Virus record (IMG/VR): IMGVR_UViG_3300010885_011653
Coordinates: 29,447-93,446 of that record
Reading direction: 5' to 3' (one strand)
Length of the DNA stretch: 64,000 nt
DNA from: a virus
Shown here: positions 29,547 to 40,385 of the stretch, piece by piece
How positions within the stretch are numbered: position 1 is the stretch's first letter
How the letters are laid out: each line of letters opens with the position of its first letter
The notes under the pieces: generated by a model
What the model was told of the DNA's origin: nothing
Databases searched by the model: none
Seen by the model: only the letters and a program-made list of their open reading frames with translations
Position numbers and translations under genes: made by a program

Positions 29547-32500
29547 TAATAGCCCCCGACCAATGGTGCAGTTAAATTAAGTCCTGCGGCAGTCACTGCT
29601 GATACAATGTCAATGTCATTGACCGTGGCCGCACTGGCGATAATTTCCCACGGCTCGCTGTTGATTTGGAAATAGTTGCCGAATGCCATATTATCCCCTG
29701 CCGGGATAATAACCACACTTGATATTGCAGGTGCAAGTATTTTGTGCAGGTATGCACTTAGCTCAGAGAAATAAAACGTATCTCCAAATCCCCAATTGGC
29801 TATGGAAAAATAATTATTAATAGCAGATATTACACGACTTTTGATTTCGTTATCTGTTAAATTAATTGCAGGGTTTTTTACCACTTGAAAACGAGCCTGT
29901 AACATTGTGTTTGCTTTTGCCCCGAATAAAGGTTTAAATTTAGCTGGATTATAAATTAGTGTATCACTAATGGTCTTATAGTTGTTTAGTCCGCTATAGG
30001 CAATTTCTAAACTGCCCGATGTTGGTGCAATTGGTTCAGTGATCGTACCAGTTAAATCTCTCAACCATTTAAAATAGTCTGAGCTATAGTCAGCAGTTAA
30101 TATATATAGATCAATAATATTAATAGGTGTTGGGTCTATACGATTACGTGCCGGAACGTTGTGCTTGTATTGGAAATACAAATCACTGCGTGTATTGTTG
30201 CCATCTGCTACCAGAGTAAACAAATCAGGATTATCCGGTACACCGTCCATTTGTGTACTAGCAGATTTTACCAGCACTTGATTATTGTCAACATAGCCAT
30301 CTTCTGCTGTGATAGTATTATAGATTTGCCAAATTACATCGTTGGCCAATGGATTGTTACTACCGGGTTGAGTGTTGATCTTAAGTATCTTAACAATGTC
30401 CGTGACATTGGTTCCTGTTAGTGAATCATATACTTTGACCTTGGGATCAAAGTAAAATACAGTTGATCTATCGCTGCCAAAAGTATATTCTAAGTTGCGA
30501 TATTGTACATTATACAATCCTTGATTGTATGTAAATTTCAATAACCAATTGGTACTGGTACCAATTGAACTTGGTGTTATGTTTTCCCATGCTTGATTTG
30601 TTTGATTATAAATCAATCCAAAATTGACACGGGCACCAATTTGACTAACGATTGTGTCTATTAGCGATGTGGTAAAATTATTTTTATACACTGGAATAAT
30701 AGCATTTTGCCCGGTCAAACTAGCCGACGGTTCGCTTAGTATTGCACCGGTTGGCACTTGAGTGCCGAATGTAATTTGATTTGGTGTTTGATTATCATCA
30801 CCAGCTACTACTCGTGTAACTGCCGCATAGAAATTTAAGGTATCACTAGATACCGCAGGATTTCCAGATATTAATTTATGCTGTGCATCAAAGTAATATC
30901 CTGTTGGTGCAGAAAACTGTAAACTAGCTCCTGGTGTAATATATTTTAAATTGCTACTAATTCCTGTACCGACATCTTGCACATTACCAGAAGTAAGATA
31001 TGTTAGGTTACCAGTACTGCTCACTGTAGTGTTGGCACTTTGAACAAAAGTAATGTTAGCCCGTGTACTGTTGTATCTGGTGTAGTTTTTATAATAATAA
31101 TTGTTCATGCCCACGCCGCTAACAGTTGGAATTATGTCATTGTAAATGGCATTGTAAATATCTGTTGTGGTTAAAAAGTCAAATGTCAATGTCGAAATAC
31201 GACTGTTGGCTGTCAATATACCATCGTCGCCAAAAATGTTAGTACTGCTAAAACTGCTTGTTGGATCGATGCTGTCTAGATATAAACTCACACCCGAGCT
31301 AGTACGATTAACTGCTTTGACCTTTTGAATACTAGTATATGATGTTTGTGGGAAGATATTATAATCCTCACCTGTAATCATACGATTCTGTGTATAATAT
31401 TGTTGTGGTGCGTAGGATTTAACGCTGGCTAAACTTTGAGTTGTTGTTGCATTAGTTACGCTATACTTTAAACTGGCAATAACTGTTAAAGTTTCAATAG
31501 TGCCTTTCTTGCTAGTATAGTAGATAGGAATATTAACACTAGGCAAATCGTCTGGAGTGATGCTATACGCAAGACCGTTGCTGGTACGATACCAGAACGA
31601 GAAACTACCTTGTGGAATATTACTGAAACTGCCGTCACCAAATATCAAATTGACTGTGTCACTGGACATTGAATTAATTTGATATAAATTTTTGTTTGCC
31701 AATTGGTTGTAAACAACATTTATCCCAGAAAGTGCAGGAACTGCTTGCCATACAATTTGTGGACGATTGTTTGTGTCTAGTTTATATAACCAATGGTCTG
31801 TGTGGTTAATATTTGATGTATTAATAGTAACAAAGTTGTTTGGAACAGCATTTTGTATGCTGAAGTTGGTAGACTGTAAGCTACCTTGTTTAAAGTAAAC
31901 AAAGAATCCAGTATTATTACTGCCGTTGCCATTGTTATCGTTACGATAAAGAATGTTAAATATCCCAACATTGGTTGGGTCTGCTTCGTAGACATAGCTT
32001 TCGCCTACTGTAGTGGCGCTGACTGCTTCAAAGTTAGTTGACTCATTTTGTATAACAGCCTGAAACGGTGCTACTGGTAAATTTTGGGGGTTGAGACTGA
32101 TGCTGTATTCGTCAGTTTGAATTCCATTGATAGACTGGCTATTAGCAGGTTTGCCAACTGCCTGGCTATTAACAAAAGCCGCATTTAAGATTGTGGTAAA
32201 TTGTTCTAGCCAATTATCGTTAGTTAAGTCGTTCCATTGTACTGTGGCATTGGTTAAGTTGTTGCCTGCGCTGTCTGACAAACTTTCAGTGGTACTGATA
32301 CGATCAATTTTCAATAGGCCACTGGCGCTTTGTGTGCGAGTGGGGTTATACGCCAACATACGTGCTAATTTTAAAATACTATCACGGCGCTGAGCTGTAT
32401 CTATGAAATTTTCACGAGCATTTAAATCTGTACGGAAAGCTAAACTTTGCCCCAAAAATGCTATACAATCAATGAGAGCCAGGTATTCTGAGCTTTCTAC

Positions 32501-32665
32501 AAAATCGTTAAAAGTTTCTGGATAATAGGTTTTGATATAGTTGATCATACTAGCACGAAGTGTTTCAAAATCGTAGCTTGCAAAATCAGCATTTGTAAAG
32601 GATTGGTATACTTTAGTCCAATCTTGTTCAACTAATAAATTTGTTTGACGTGTAGTTTGTGCCAT
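29546..32665 (-). CDS. gp6: Baseplate wedge subunit (T4 gp6-like)
   Basis: YDFETLR, ARENFIDTAQRRDSILKLARMLAYNP and QNRMITGEDY motifs; follows gp25. Confidence 0.85.
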   Translation of the reverse strand: MAQTTRQTNLLVEQDWTKVYQSFTNADFASYDFETLRASMINYIKTYYPETFNDFVESSEYLALIDCIAFLGQSLAFRTDLNARENFIDTAQRRDSILKLARMLAYNPTRTQSASGLLKIDRISTTESLSDSAGNNLTNATVQWNDLTNDNWLEQFTTILNAAFVNSQAVGKPANSQSINGIQTDEYSISLNPQNLPVAPFQAVIQNESTNFEAVSATTVGESYVYEADPTNVGIFNILYRNDNNGNGSNNTGFFVYFKQGSLQSTNFSIQNAVPNNFVTINTSNINHTDHWLYKLDTNNRPQIVWQAVPALSGINVVYNQLANKNLYQINSMSSDTVNLIFGDGSFSNIPQGSFSFWYRTSNGLAYSITPDDLPSVNIPIYYTSKKGTIETLTVIASLKYSVTNATTTQSLASVKSYAPQQYYTQNRMITGEDYNIFPQTSYTSIQKVKAVNRTSSGVSLYLDSIDPTSSFSSTNIFGDDGILTANSRISTLTFDFLTTTDIYNAIYNDIIPTVSGVGMNNYYYKNYTRYNSTRANITFVQSANTTVSSTGNLTYLTSGNVQDVGTGISSNLKYITPGASLQFSAPTGYYFDAQHKLISGNPAVSSDTLNFYAAVTRVVAGDDNQTPNQITFGTQVPTGAILSEPSASLTGQNAIIPVYKNNFTTSLIDTIVSQIGARVNFGLIYNQTNQAWENITPSSIGTSTNWLLKFTYNQGLYNVQYRNLEYTFGSDRSTVFYFDPKVKVYDSLTGTNVTDIVKILKINTQPGSNNPLANDVIWQIYNTITAEDGYVDNNQVLVKSASTQMDGVPDNPDLFTLVADGNNTRSDLYFQYKHNVPARNRIDPTPINIIDLYILTADYSSDYFKWLRDLTGTITEPIAPTSGSLEIAYSGLNNYKTISDTLIYNPAKFKPLFGAKANTMLQARFQVVKNPAINLTDNEIKSRVISAINNYFSIANWGFGDTFYFSELSAYLHKILAPAISSVVIIPAGDNMAFGNYFQINSEPWEIIASAATVNDIDIVSAVTAAGLNLTAPLVGGY

Positions 32666-32685
32666 ATTATTTTACCTATATTGAG

Positions 32686-32693
32686 TATTTATC
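32686..32693 (-). promoter_or_regulatory. Late promoter GATAAATA
   Basis: About 21 bp upstream of the gp6 ATG. Confidence 0.65.
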
Positions 32694-32717
32694 GGCGGAA
32701 ATAATATGGTCTGTTAA

Positions 32718-33095
32718 TTAACCAAGCGTTAAAGTTTTGGAGTTTTGATTAAAATTAAAGTTGATAGTATCGGTTTGATTTGTGGGTACATAGCTCAGGG
32801 TAATTTGAACCATCAATCCGTTATGTTGTTGTGTAACAGCAACTTGCCCCACACGAAGTCTGGGGTCGTAGCTGACAATACGTACAATATCTTTAGTAAT
32901 GAGTTCTTGGACTGATTCATCTAGCGGATCAAACAAATGATCCCAGACAATAGTGCCAAAATTTGGTTGCATGAGCTTGTCGCCCTTGCGTATATTAAAG
33001 TAATTGATCAAGTCCTGTCGTGCCAGCGCATAGTCGGTTAAGACGTATTTTTTCTTATTAACTAGTGTACTGATTCCGCGGTATATTGTTGTCAT
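32718..33095 (-). CDS. gp25: Baseplate wedge subunit gp25-like
   Basis: NIRKGDKLMQPNFGT..WDHLFDP...YDPR gp25 signature, 125 aa; AATAAATA late-promoter motif at 33101-33108. Confidence 0.85.
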   Translation of the reverse strand: MTTIYRGISTLVNKKKYVLTDYALARQDLINYFNIRKGDKLMQPNFGTIVWDHLFDPLDESVQELITKDIVRIVSYDPRLRVGQVAVTQQHNGLMVQITLSYVPTNQTDTINFNFNQNSKTLTLG

Positions 33096-33103
33096 AATAG
33101 TAT

Positions 33104-33766
33104 TTATTGTGCTAGAACTTGTATGGCATAGCGACCACCATTAAAACTTGCGGCGCCCGAACCCTGATTAGAATATCTCCATGCATACGCACCTGTGCCG
33201 TACGGGTATCTCCCAGTTGGCTGTTGTCCGGCCCCTAATGTCCAGGCTACGTACATCATACCGGCTATTACATCTACAGAATCTGTCAACGCAATAGCAC
33301 TTACTTGTAGCAACTCTTTAAAGTAATCAATTAATAGTTGATAAGCTAAATGTTCCTGAATGGTGATATTTGTTAAAAATGTATTTTGACTGTCTGCATT
33401 ATAAAAATAATTAGCGTAATTGTTTACTGTAGACTGCAAGTACACTGGCCTCCAACTGCTTTTATAGTTTACTGCATCAGTTCCATGGAACTCTGTGCTG
33501 TGTACCGCTAGCAGTCCATATTCTTCTAGTTTAGCGGCAGTGATTTGATATCTACCTAATTGATCATCTGTACCAATTTTATTATAATCCCATACACTTA
33601 TATCATAGGCAATTTGGCCAAGTAGAGCTTGTATTTGAGTATTTGATAACGGTCCTATATTGGCCCACGCTGGTGGTATTGCGGGTGCATCTGCTCTGCC
33701 TAGCCATGCTGGCGGTAAAGGAGTTAATATTTCCTGTCCAATTGCTTGTGCGATTCCTATGTCCAC
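33104..33766 (-). CDS. Degenerate lysozyme-fold-like baseplate protein
   Basis: LGRYQI motif typical of lysozyme-like folds, no obvious catalytic ES motif; immediately downstream of gp5. Confidence 0.45.
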   Translation of the reverse strand: MDIGIAQAIGQEILTPLPPAWLGRADAPAIPPAWANIGPLSNTQIQALLGQIAYDISVWDYNKIGTDDQLGRYQITAAKLEEYGLLAVHSTEFHGTDAVNYKSSWRPVYLQSTVNNYANYFYNADSQNTFLTNITIQEHLAYQLLIDYFKELLQVSAIALTDSVDVIAGMMYVAWTLGAGQQPTGRYPYGTGAYAWRYSNQGSGAASFNGGRYAIQVLAQ

Positions 33767-33768
33767 GA

Positions 33769-35286
33769 TTATCCAAATGCTCCAATTGCTTTACTAATAC
33801 CAATGCTGAGTACCAATGCCCCGGCGGCTTTAGCACCTGCTTTAAGTAGACTGCCGCCGCCTGCGGGTTTTGGTCTACCCGGACCGTTGCCGTCGAGCCA
33901 TGGTTCGTGGCACGGTACCACAGTACAGGTACTACCCAGAGAACCTTCTCGTGGGATCCATACTGTGCCATTGAATTCTGTGTCTGGTAGTCTATTTGGT
34001 ATTACCGGCATTGGTGGAATAGCCAATGGTGGTTTACCACCGGCATTTAATAACACCAACGATCCTTGAATACTAGTTTGCAAATATGATCCAACACTAC
34101 AACTTGCTCCACCTGCTAAACTTGCGGCTCCAACAGCACTTAAACTTAACAAGCCCATGCTCTTAACTGACGTAGATACCATTGATTGAATACCAACAGA
34201 TCCGATGCTGTTGATATTAATGCCATAATCAGCATTAATATCAATTGTGCCACCTGCATGAAATTTAATTGCACTATCACTGTGGAAATTCATTGGTCCT
34301 GTGCTACGAACGTTAAAGCCAGCGTATCCGTAGATGTTAATACTACCGTCTTTGCTAAACTCTAGCCACTGTAAACCGGTTTTGCTGCCGAGATAATAAA
34401 TTCCTTCTGTGTCGTTCATTAATAATTGATGGCCACCGCTGGTGCGTAATCTAATTAGTTGATCGGTGCCTTCTGGTTCGCTACTGCCTTTTGCTGCGCC
34501 ATCATCCATAACAAAACTGTGGCCGCCTGTACGAGCAACAATTTTTTGCGGATTTTCTTTAACTTGATCGTCTTTGGTAATTTTACGACCAGGGGTGCTG
34601 ATACCATATACGTTACTGGGTGTTTCTCGCAAGCTACTGCTACTGACAGCTCCGCGCACTTTATCTCTGTCAAGGCCTTGGTTAATTAGTACATAGGTTT
34701 GAAATTCGTGTGGGTACCTGGGAGTTCCTGTGACTGCGTCTTCATCAAATGCATTGGGATCTGCGGTGCTTGCTTCAACCACAGGTGCATTAGTGTCGCT
34801 GGTTAATTTAGTAGCTAACTCGTCGTCGGGCACCGTGACATTTTGTTTACCGCCTACGTTTCGTCCCAATGCTGGTACCATATGATGACTGGTACTGTCG
34901 TATATACAAGCAAACCAGTAGCCGCGGTCCTTGTCACCATTGACAAACATAACTAACACTTTGCAACCAATGTCAGGCGGAACCATCCACATTCCATAGC
35001 TTTGTCCATTGGTGTTGGGGCCAGTCGGTGCTAGCTGTGTATCTGTTCCGTAGGTTCCGCCATAGAACGGACTGGCATAACTCACCGACAGTTCTCCGTT
35101 GCCGTCTGTGCCTTCTTGTCCTTCCCAGTCTGGGATAACAACCCTGAGTTGCCCCATTCTACTGCCTTCTACGTGTTTAACAACAATAGCTTCATAAGGA
35201 CCGGGGTCAACGGTATAACCATCCCTGGGACTGGCAGATCCCCCTTCTTCTATGCCTGTTTTTCTAATAGAACCACTTCTACCCAT
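33769..35286 (-). CDS. gp5: Baseplate central spike (gp5/VgrG OB-fold family)
   Basis: GQLRVVIP, SYGMWMVPPDIG..VLVMF OB-fold, GGHSFVMDDG, IRLRTSGGHQLLMND beta-helix, C-terminal PCHEPW. Confidence 0.8.
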   Translation of the reverse strand: MGRSGSIRKTGIEEGGSASPRDGYTVDPGPYEAIVVKHVEGSRMGQLRVVIPDWEGQEGTDGNGELSVSYASPFYGGTYGTDTQLAPTGPNTNGQSYGMWMVPPDIGCKVLVMFVNGDKDRGYWFACIYDSTSHHMVPALGRNVGGKQNVTVPDDELATKLTSDTNAPVVEASTADPNAFDEDAVTGTPRYPHEFQTYVLINQGLDRDKVRGAVSSSSLRETPSNVYGISTPGRKITKDDQVKENPQKIVARTGGHSFVMDDGAAKGSSEPEGTDQLIRLRTSGGHQLLMNDTEGIYYLGSKTGLQWLEFSKDGSINIYGYAGFNVRSTGPMNFHSDSAIKFHAGGTIDINADYGININSIGSVGIQSMVSTSVKSMGLLSLSAVGAASLAGGASCSVGSYLQTSIQGSLVLLNAGGKPPLAIPPMPVIPNRLPDTEFNGTVWIPREGSLGSTCTVVPCHEPWLDGNGPGRPKPAGGGSLLKAGAKAAGALVLSIGISKAIGAFG

Positions 35287-35304
35287 TATATTTCCTTAAT
35301 TGAT

Positions 35305-38300
35305 TTATCTTGGTACTGTATTAACAACATTTCTAACTTGACCGTTTTGATCATATGTGGTGGTTGTTATTACAGCATTTCTGTTTCCTTCAGCGGCTGC
35401 ACGTTCAGCATATTCGCGCTCGCCCGGACGATATGCTACACCGCCATCGTTTATGTTGGGATTAAATGCTCCATTGGTATCGCCGGCCGCTTGTGTTTGA
35501 TTGCTTTGAGATACGCCCACAGAATTTGATCCATTTATCTGTGTATTATCTTCTCGTTGATTTTCTGTTACCTGATTAAATGTGGTAACTGCGTCAGAGT
35601 TAAAGTGTCTAACCAGTTTTAAAACTTGAGTAAATTTTCCCTTTGAAAAAGTGCTTTTAATACTGATTATCTTATACAATCCACTGAATATTGCAGGTCT
35701 GGTACTAACTGGGGGGAAAGACAATCCTGTGTTGTTATAATCTGTATCAATATCCAGCGGTGTATTTACAGTCAGGCGAACCACCATTGTGCCATTTTCC
35801 ATTCTAACATGTCCGTATTTTCTAACAAAATCAGCTTGACTAGTTTGTGCATTCCAATTTGGACTACCAGTTGGGCTAGGTACGTACAAGAAATCGTCTT
35901 GTTTTAACAAGGTAGGATCTCCTATAATAGTTAAGTCCACATTTAACATATCGCCGGATGCAGGATTACTTAATAGTGATTCGCCCACGTCGGCGGCTTT
36001 TGCCACTGCTGATCTATCTTTTTGATTTCCGCCCTTGGTTAAATTTTCTTTATTAACAACAGGTTTAAATACCTGCGGATTTATCTGTGGTACTGTGGCT
36101 AGTTCTTTAATTAAATTAGATAGCGATCCTATACCTAACACAGGGCTCGGCAATCTATCCAATAATTTATTGATAGCGGTACTTTGCGTAGTTTTATAAC
36201 TTGGCAACTTATTAGTGTAGGACATTACCGCAGTATAATACGTCATGTCAAAATTTAATTTAAAATCAATTATATCAATATTTTTTCCTGTATAAAGGTA
36301 TTGATAATCTTTAATAACAAATGGCTGGCTATTGGTCATTTGAGGCAGTAGCGGGTGTGTACCATCACCTATCCAATATTGATGTATACCGTAACTCATT
36401 ATCATACATCTACGATTATTTGAATTATCAAATGCTCCTTCAGTCACTGCCCCACTTGCTTGTATGCCACCGTATATTACTTGAGTGGTAACTTTATAAT
36501 GACTGTAGATCTGTGTTTGACTGGCCGCAGTATTAGGTTTTGCTAGTCCAAGTTGGTCAATAAAAAACTGCGATGATGGCATAATTTTTTGTATAATATC
36601 AATTATGTTCATGCTGTGTGGTATAGTAAATGTATTGGCCTGTACATCAATTGTTTTACCTTTACTATCAGGGTTACTTTTAGCCAATCCCGTTTGTTGA
36701 GGGTCTACAATTTTACTTTCCCCGATAGCTCTATCTATATCAAATTTAACTGCATCTGCTACGTCTCTTTTTCTAGCGGCTACTTCGGTTAGTGAAAATT
36801 TATTCATTTGCGCCGCTAATCCTTTGGGCCCGTTGAAAAATTCATTAACTGTTGTTGCGACGATTGTAAAGTCTTTAGGTATACTATTTTCTTTTGTGTG
36901 GTGCGGTGCGTGTCCGGTTGGACAAAATTCTATTTTGTATTCTGCCCCTTTTCCGGTTACATTCAGTTTCATTGATAAAAATCTAATAGGAAAACGTTTT
37001 CTTGTTAGGCCAATTTGGTCGCCGGGTATAGGATTACCTTGATCGTCGTATCCAACAAAATTCAACTCTAACATGTATGGTTGGCTAATGTAGTTTTGCG
37101 GCAACCCAGTTGCTGGATCAATACTGGCAGAAACTAAACTGTCAATAAATGTAACACCATACGGCTCTATTATCGTAAATGTTCCTTTAATATCACTGCT
37201 ACTTTTAGTATTTTTGTTTAAAGCCACTACACTATCAATTTCAACATCTTGTATGTTATAGTTTAATCCTAATGTTGCTGGATGTCTACGATCGGGATAT
37301 AATCCTGCATCTTCTGCAAGAACATAACTGTCGTAACTTAAATTATATGCTACCCCAACACCTACATCAGCACCGGCCATTAGAGCATTGTAATCTTTAA
37401 TACCCACCCACCATAATACCCAGGTATAGGTATACGATGCTAACCCATGTACTGGGTTTGGTATGTATGCGGTGATAGCTGGTAATTTCTTTTGAGCTGG
37501 TGTTGGTCTATCAGGTGCCGACGGAGAATTGACACCGCTTATGTTGACCCGATACACTCCATCTGAGGTGTACCCATCAGGTCGATAGTCAGAGTTGGGA
37601 CGATCTGGTTGTTCTGATATTTTTGCATTGTTGTAGGCGGTTAGTAAGGTAGGGTCAATATTAGAAGCAGTTGTGGGAGAATTAACTGTGGTATCTGGAG
37701 TACCATTTAATTGATTGGTCATCTTACTAATGACAAATTGTCCTTGAGTACCAATTTCGCTCGCGGCTGCTGCTACAAGTTCTTTAGTTAAATATGTAGA
37801 GCCTGCTCCGTCTGGACTTGTTAGTTCATCAATTACATCTTTAACCGTGCCGGGGAGCGCAACTCCGCCTCCACCAGGGAGACTAATAATAATTTCCGTA
37901 ACAGGTGACTCTGAGTCAGCCCCTGCACTGACCCTATACTCAACAAAACCACCATCAACTTGACGTACCACAGTTAAAAAATCGCCGGCGGTGATCTTTG
38001 TTATTACGTTAAGTGGTACTGTCGTTGTCACATCCATTGGGCCCGTCTTATTCAGAACTTCAAAAGTTTTGCCTCCAGCATTAATGTCTACTTGCGATAC
38101 AATATTACTTGCTGTTAGTGTTCCTACTGTTTGAGGCTCTACTAGTGTGCCTTTGGACTCTCGAAAATTAGAATATTCTATTACTTTGTTACCATCAATG
38201 CCCATTGCTGTTAACACATCAACTCTGCCATCTTTGTACGCAGTATTAATAACGTTTTGTGTATGTGTTAGGAATGATTGACTATTAATGGCCTCAACCG

Positions 38301-38952
38301 GCGGTACACCAAGTTGGCTATTAGTCTGATTATACGCATCAAGTAATTTTTGTTGATTGTCTGCAGATAACCCATCAAGGAGATTTAGTGTTTGTACCGA
38401 GTTGAGTGGTAAAAATATATTTGTTGGTTGAATTGGTATGTCGGACAACAATGTTAAAGAACCAGTCGTTGATCCAACTGTAACTGTGCCGCGAGATTGA
38501 CTAATAACATCAGCTTGAACTGTATTACTGATAACTGCATTAGGATTAGTATAATCAATGTTTTTTGCATTGCTAGGTGCTAGTTGTAACGCCCAGGCTT
38601 TAGCTGTATCTATATTAATATCGCCAGAGAAAAAACCAGGTCTAATACCAGCTTGTTGCCAATAGTAATCTTGTACTTTTGCTTGATCAGCAATGCTGAG
38701 TTGTTTATATTGGTCTGGTGTATATTGTGTGCCTAGTGCTCTCTCAGTAAAGTTAGGAACAAATTGCGAATTTAATTGGAATACTCCTACATAGGCTCCA
38801 CCTGCGCCTCCTACGGCATGAGTTTTATAACCCGATTCAACACCCCATACCGAAAGAAGTGCTGTAGGATTTATACCCCATTTGGCTCCAAGGTCGTTTG
38901 CCGCGGCAACTACATCAGCTGGTGGTGGTGGTAGTTTTTGTTGAGTTGCCAT
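35305..38952 (-). CDS. Baseplate hub protein (gp27-like position) with N-terminal SLT lytic transglycosylase domain
   Basis: N-terminal GINPTALLSVWGVESG...YVGVFQL (SLT motifs); hub motifs IIEPYG, LTIIGDP and FSGLYKIISIKSTFSKGKFTQVLKL. Confidence 0.7.
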   Translation of the reverse strand: MATQQKLPPPPADVVAAANDLGAKWGINPTALLSVWGVESGYKTHAVGGAGGAYVGVFQLNSQFVPNFTERALGTQYTPDQYKQLSIADQAKVQDYYWQQAGIRPGFFSGDINIDTAKAWALQLAPSNAKNIDYTNPNAVISNTVQADVISQSRGTVTVGSTTGSLTLLSDIPIQPTNIFLPLNSVQTLNLLDGLSADNQQKLLDAYNQTNSQLGVPPVEAINSQSFLTHTQNVINTAYKDGRVDVLTAMGIDGNKVIEYSNFRESKGTLVEPQTVGTLTASNIVSQVDINAGGKTFEVLNKTGPMDVTTTVPLNVITKITAGDFLTVVRQVDGGFVEYRVSAGADSESPVTEIIISLPGGGGVALPGTVKDVIDELTSPDGAGSTYLTKELVAAAASEIGTQGQFVISKMTNQLNGTPDTTVNSPTTASNIDPTLLTAYNNAKISEQPDRPNSDYRPDGYTSDGVYRVNISGVNSPSAPDRPTPAQKKLPAITAYIPNPVHGLASYTYTWVLWWVGIKDYNALMAGADVGVGVAYNLSYDSYVLAEDAGLYPDRRHPATLGLNYNIQDVEIDSVVALNKNTKSSSDIKGTFTIIEPYGVTFIDSLVSASIDPATGLPQNYISQPYMLELNFVGYDDQGNPIPGDQIGLTRKRFPIRFLSMKLNVTGKGAEYKIEFCPTGHAPHHTKENSIPKDFTIVATTVNEFFNGPKGLAAQMNKFSLTEVAARKRDVADAVKFDIDRAIGESKIVDPQQTGLAKSNPDSKGKTIDVQANTFTIPHSMNIIDIIQKIMPSSQFFIDQLGLAKPNTAASQTQIYSHYKVTTQVIYGGIQASGAVTEGAFDNSNNRRCMIMSYGIHQYWIGDGTHPLLPQMTNSQPFVIKDYQYLYTGKNIDIIDFKLNFDMTYYTAVMSYTNKLPSYKTTQSTAINKLLDRLPSPVLGIGSLSNLIKELATVPQINPQVFKPVVNKENLTKGGNQKDRSAVAKAADVGESLLSNPASGDMLNVDLTIIGDPTLLKQDDFLYVPSPTGSPNWNAQTSQADFVRKYGHVRMENGTMVVRLTVNTPLDIDTDYNNTGLSFPPVSTRPAIFSGLYKIISIKSTFSKGKFTQVLKLVRHFNSDAVTTFNQVTENQREDNTQINGSNSVGVSQSNQTQAAGDTNGAFNPNINDGGVAYRPGEREYAERAAAEGNRNAVITTTTYDQNGQVRNVVNTVPR

Positions 38953-39251
38953 TATATTCCTAGTGCTTTACGTATTGTTTCTCTAGTGGGAATGTAGATA
39001 ATTGTAGGTGGTACAAAATTAAAAATTGGATCTACAAGCACATCAGGATTACGCACAGCAAATACCCACCATAGATTGGTGTCTTGGTACATGTCGTGTG
39101 CCAACAAATCGGGACGTAATTGATATACCGGATCAATTTGATAACGTGCATCAGAGACATCGCTAGGAATATATTTTCCAGACCATAGGTCTAAGAAATT
39201 TCCCCACTGAGGTGTGGTACTGTATGGACTGGTTTTGCTATAAGTTGCCAT
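38952..39251 (-). CDS. gp53: Baseplate wedge subunit gp53-like (LysM-like)
   Basis: RPDLLAHDMY....WWVFAVRNP...IYIP signature. Confidence 0.8.
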   Translation of the reverse strand: MATYSKTSPYSTTPQWGNFLDLWSGKYIPSDVSDARYQIDPVYQLRPDLLAHDMYQDTNLWWVFAVRNPDVLVDPIFNFVPPTIIYIPTRETIRKALGI

Positions 39252-40255
39252 TATAGGAATCCTCCTGCATTGCCGCCACCGGTGTTGTATCCACCTTGTG
39301 TTGCGCCAAATGAGCTGGCTGGGTAACCTGTCCCGGGGCCGTTGATTAATGCACCACGGGCAAAGTCTTGTAAACTAAATGCGCGACTCTGTGCCAAACG
39401 ACTGTAAATAGGTTGTACTGTTAATGTAACTGTACTTTGCGTAGGCATGCGTGTGCTGTTTAATCTATAGTTGTTAAATTGCGGATTATATCCTGTTCTA
39501 GTTACACCAGGTTCAGGAATGTCCATATAATCTGCATCAGATGGCATAGTGTGTGCAAAACTAGTTACCACACATGGAACGTTGGGTAGATAATACTGTC
39601 CATACCCGTTTAAGTACACTATCGGCGGAGGATTACCTGCATTGGGATCCGCGCCAAAAAACATCTTGGTTACCGATCTAAAGAAATATATTACTGCCAA
39701 CAAGTATTGACCTTCATTGATATTTTGTACTGTAAAATCGCCTTGTATTTGTATGGCCTGTGTTTCGGAGTTGTCATAGAAATAATTGGTATAATTGTTA
39801 TGAGTTAATTTTTGTGCCAGATAGTTGGCCACAGATGTTACTGTAATTTGCGGGGTATAGGGAAATACTACTCCAATTCGTTTGGCCCCAGCATTTTGAC
39901 CAATTACGCCTAGTATAGCACTACCAAAGCCGCTGGTACTACCACCCCCAATTTCTGTAACTAAGGGACTCATTAAAGTATTACTACTGTCATTATAAAA
40001 ATAGTTAGAGCCCGGTGCTAGACTAATACGTACACGCCAATCTTGACTGGCGTTGGGATATATAATTTGTGGGTTTGGACCTGCTGTTCTGTTACTATAT
40101 TGATACATCTGTGCTACGTTTTGGCGATTAGTTGCACCGCTAAGTCCTACGCTGCCAAGAAGGCTTGCCCCGATAGCCTGACCAATTTGGGCACCCACGC
40201 TTTGATTGGGATTTATAGTATTTCCAGGTAGGACCGCATTAGGTAGTACAGGCAT
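39251..40255 (-). CDS. Baseplate tail-tube initiator/cap (gp48/gp54-like)
   Basis: GVVFPYTP, FFRSVTKMFFG, PPPIVYLNGYG...VPCVVTSF; upstream of gp53. Confidence 0.65.
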   Translation of the reverse strand: MPVLPNAVLPGNTINPNQSVGAQIGQAIGASLLGSVGLSGATNRQNVAQMYQYSNRTAGPNPQIIYPNASQDWRVRISLAPGSNYFYNDSSNTLMSPLVTEIGGGSTSGFGSAILGVIGQNAGAKRIGVVFPYTPQITVTSVANYLAQKLTHNNYTNYFYDNSETQAIQIQGDFTVQNINEGQYLLAVIYFFRSVTKMFFGADPNAGNPPPIVYLNGYGQYYLPNVPCVVTSFAHTMPSDADYMDIPEPGVTRTGYNPQFNNYRLNSTRMPTQSTVTLTVQPIYSRLAQSRAFSLQDFARGALINGPGTGYPASSFGATQGGYNTGGGNAGGFL

Positions 40256-40276
40256 AATAGTTCCAAGTTATAAACA

Positions 40277-40284
40277 TATTTATC
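40277..40284 (-). promoter_or_regulatory. Late promoter GATAAATA for the baseplate operon
   Basis: 22 bp upstream of the ATG at 40255. Confidence 0.7.
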
Positions 40285-40331
40285 GGTATCAAAAACGGCC
40301 CAGATAATGTTTTGGCATTTTCAAAATTAGG

Positions 40332-40361
40332 TTGACCATTGGGAGATAATTATGTTAGTAT
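40332..40361 (+). promoter_or_regulatory. Sigma70-type promoter for gp55
   Basis: TTGACC, 18-bp spacer, TAGTAT with an extended -10 TG. Confidence 0.6.
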
Positions 40362-40385
40362 GTGCTAACTTTAAAGGACCAAAAG

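Noticed and set aside
33603-33971. Alternative-frame ORF bridging gp5 and the downstream gene (possible frameshift fusion)
   Set aside because: gp5 has a plausible C-terminus, the next gene has its own ATG 2 bp later, and no slippery site was seen.
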